In this document: piece after piece, positions 63,409 to 64,000 of the stretch | Numbering within the stretch: position 1 is the stretch's first letter | How the letters are laid out: every line of letters begins with the position of its first letter | Assembly: GCA_001643675.2 (NCBI GenBank) | Contig: LSRY02000037.1 | Span: 434,001 to 498,000, forward strand | Reading direction: 5' to 3' | Length of the DNA stretch: 64,000 bases | From: Monocercomonoides exilis PA203 | Taxonomy: Eukaryota; Protista; Preaxostyla | Notes under the pieces: model-generated | Database searches by the model: none | Told to the model about the DNA's origin: nothing | The model's input: the letters and a program-made list of their open reading frames with translations, nothing else | Position numbers and translations under genes: made by a program

Positions 63409-64000
63409 TGTTTGCTTCATCGTTTCCATATTTGAATTCTCTTTCTTCAATTTTTTCTTTTCTCTCTTCTTCTTCGACTTCTTTCTCTTTCTCTTTCTCT
63501 TTTTCCACCTCTTCTTTCTTTTCTTTTCTTTCTTCTCTTTTATCTTTCTTTCTTTCTTCTTCTTCCTCTTCTTTTTCTCTTTCATTAGCTTCTTCTTTTT
63601 CTCTAAAATCAGTTATCCATTTTCCAACTTCTTCTTCTTCTTCCTCTTTTCCTTTTCCTTCCATTTTCTTTTCCTTCATTTGCTTCTTCTTCTTCTTCTT
63701 CTTTCCTCTTCTTGTTTGCTTCAATGTTCTTGTTTTTTCATTTAAATCACTTTGATTCAATTCTTCTCCCTCTTCTCCCTCTCCCTCTTCTCCCTCATCT
63801 TCTTCTTCTTCCCTTTTCCTAAACTTCTCTTCCTTCTTCTTCCTCTCTTCTTCTTCTTCTTCTCTTCTTCTTTTTTTGTATTTTTCTAATTCTTTTCTTT
63901 CTTTTTCTCTTCTTCTTTCCATTTCTTCTCTTTCTTTCTCCTCTTTCTTTCTCATTCTTTCTTCATATGCCTTTCTTTCTCTCTCTTCTTTCTCTTCTTT
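62090..64000 (-). CDS. 3' part of an E/K/R-rich charged helical low-complexity protein; 5' end beyond the window
   Basis: Frame open >620 codons to the window edge. EEEERKRK-type repeats resemble single-alpha-helix tracts. 3' end uncertain. Confidence 0.6.

Overview
AT-rich eukaryotic nuclear DNA with short GT-AG spliceosomal introns and the standard genetic code (genes end in TAA or TGA). The poly-Ser/poly-Glu expansions, the 'CVPCLLKVALKKEE' paralog family and the beta-helix/TM/pseudokinase family suggest an oxymonad such as Monocercomonoides (inference, not verified). Hand splicing recovers several genes the ORF track fragments or misses: PDRG1, a ~3,835-aa casein kinase 1 with a giant low-complexity tail, a head-to-head HOOK-like/SKA1 pair, an 8-exon possible WAVE/WASH-like gene, a 7TM protein, KTI12 (probable GC-AG intron) and ADF/cofilin. 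Also present: a ~2,700-codon receptor-like pseudokinase with one in-frame TGA and two tail-to-tail paralogs of a lineage-specific family. The most striking structure is a set of TA-targeting DNA transposons: two decayed pogo/DDE_1 elements (one with an intron-bearing transposase), two ~1-1.3 kb non-coding foldback elements with ~380-440 bp near-perfect arms, and small palindromic MITEs. Three of these share a terminal design (TA|GG(G)T plus a tandem pair of element-specific motifs), and several are nested in one another's ends.
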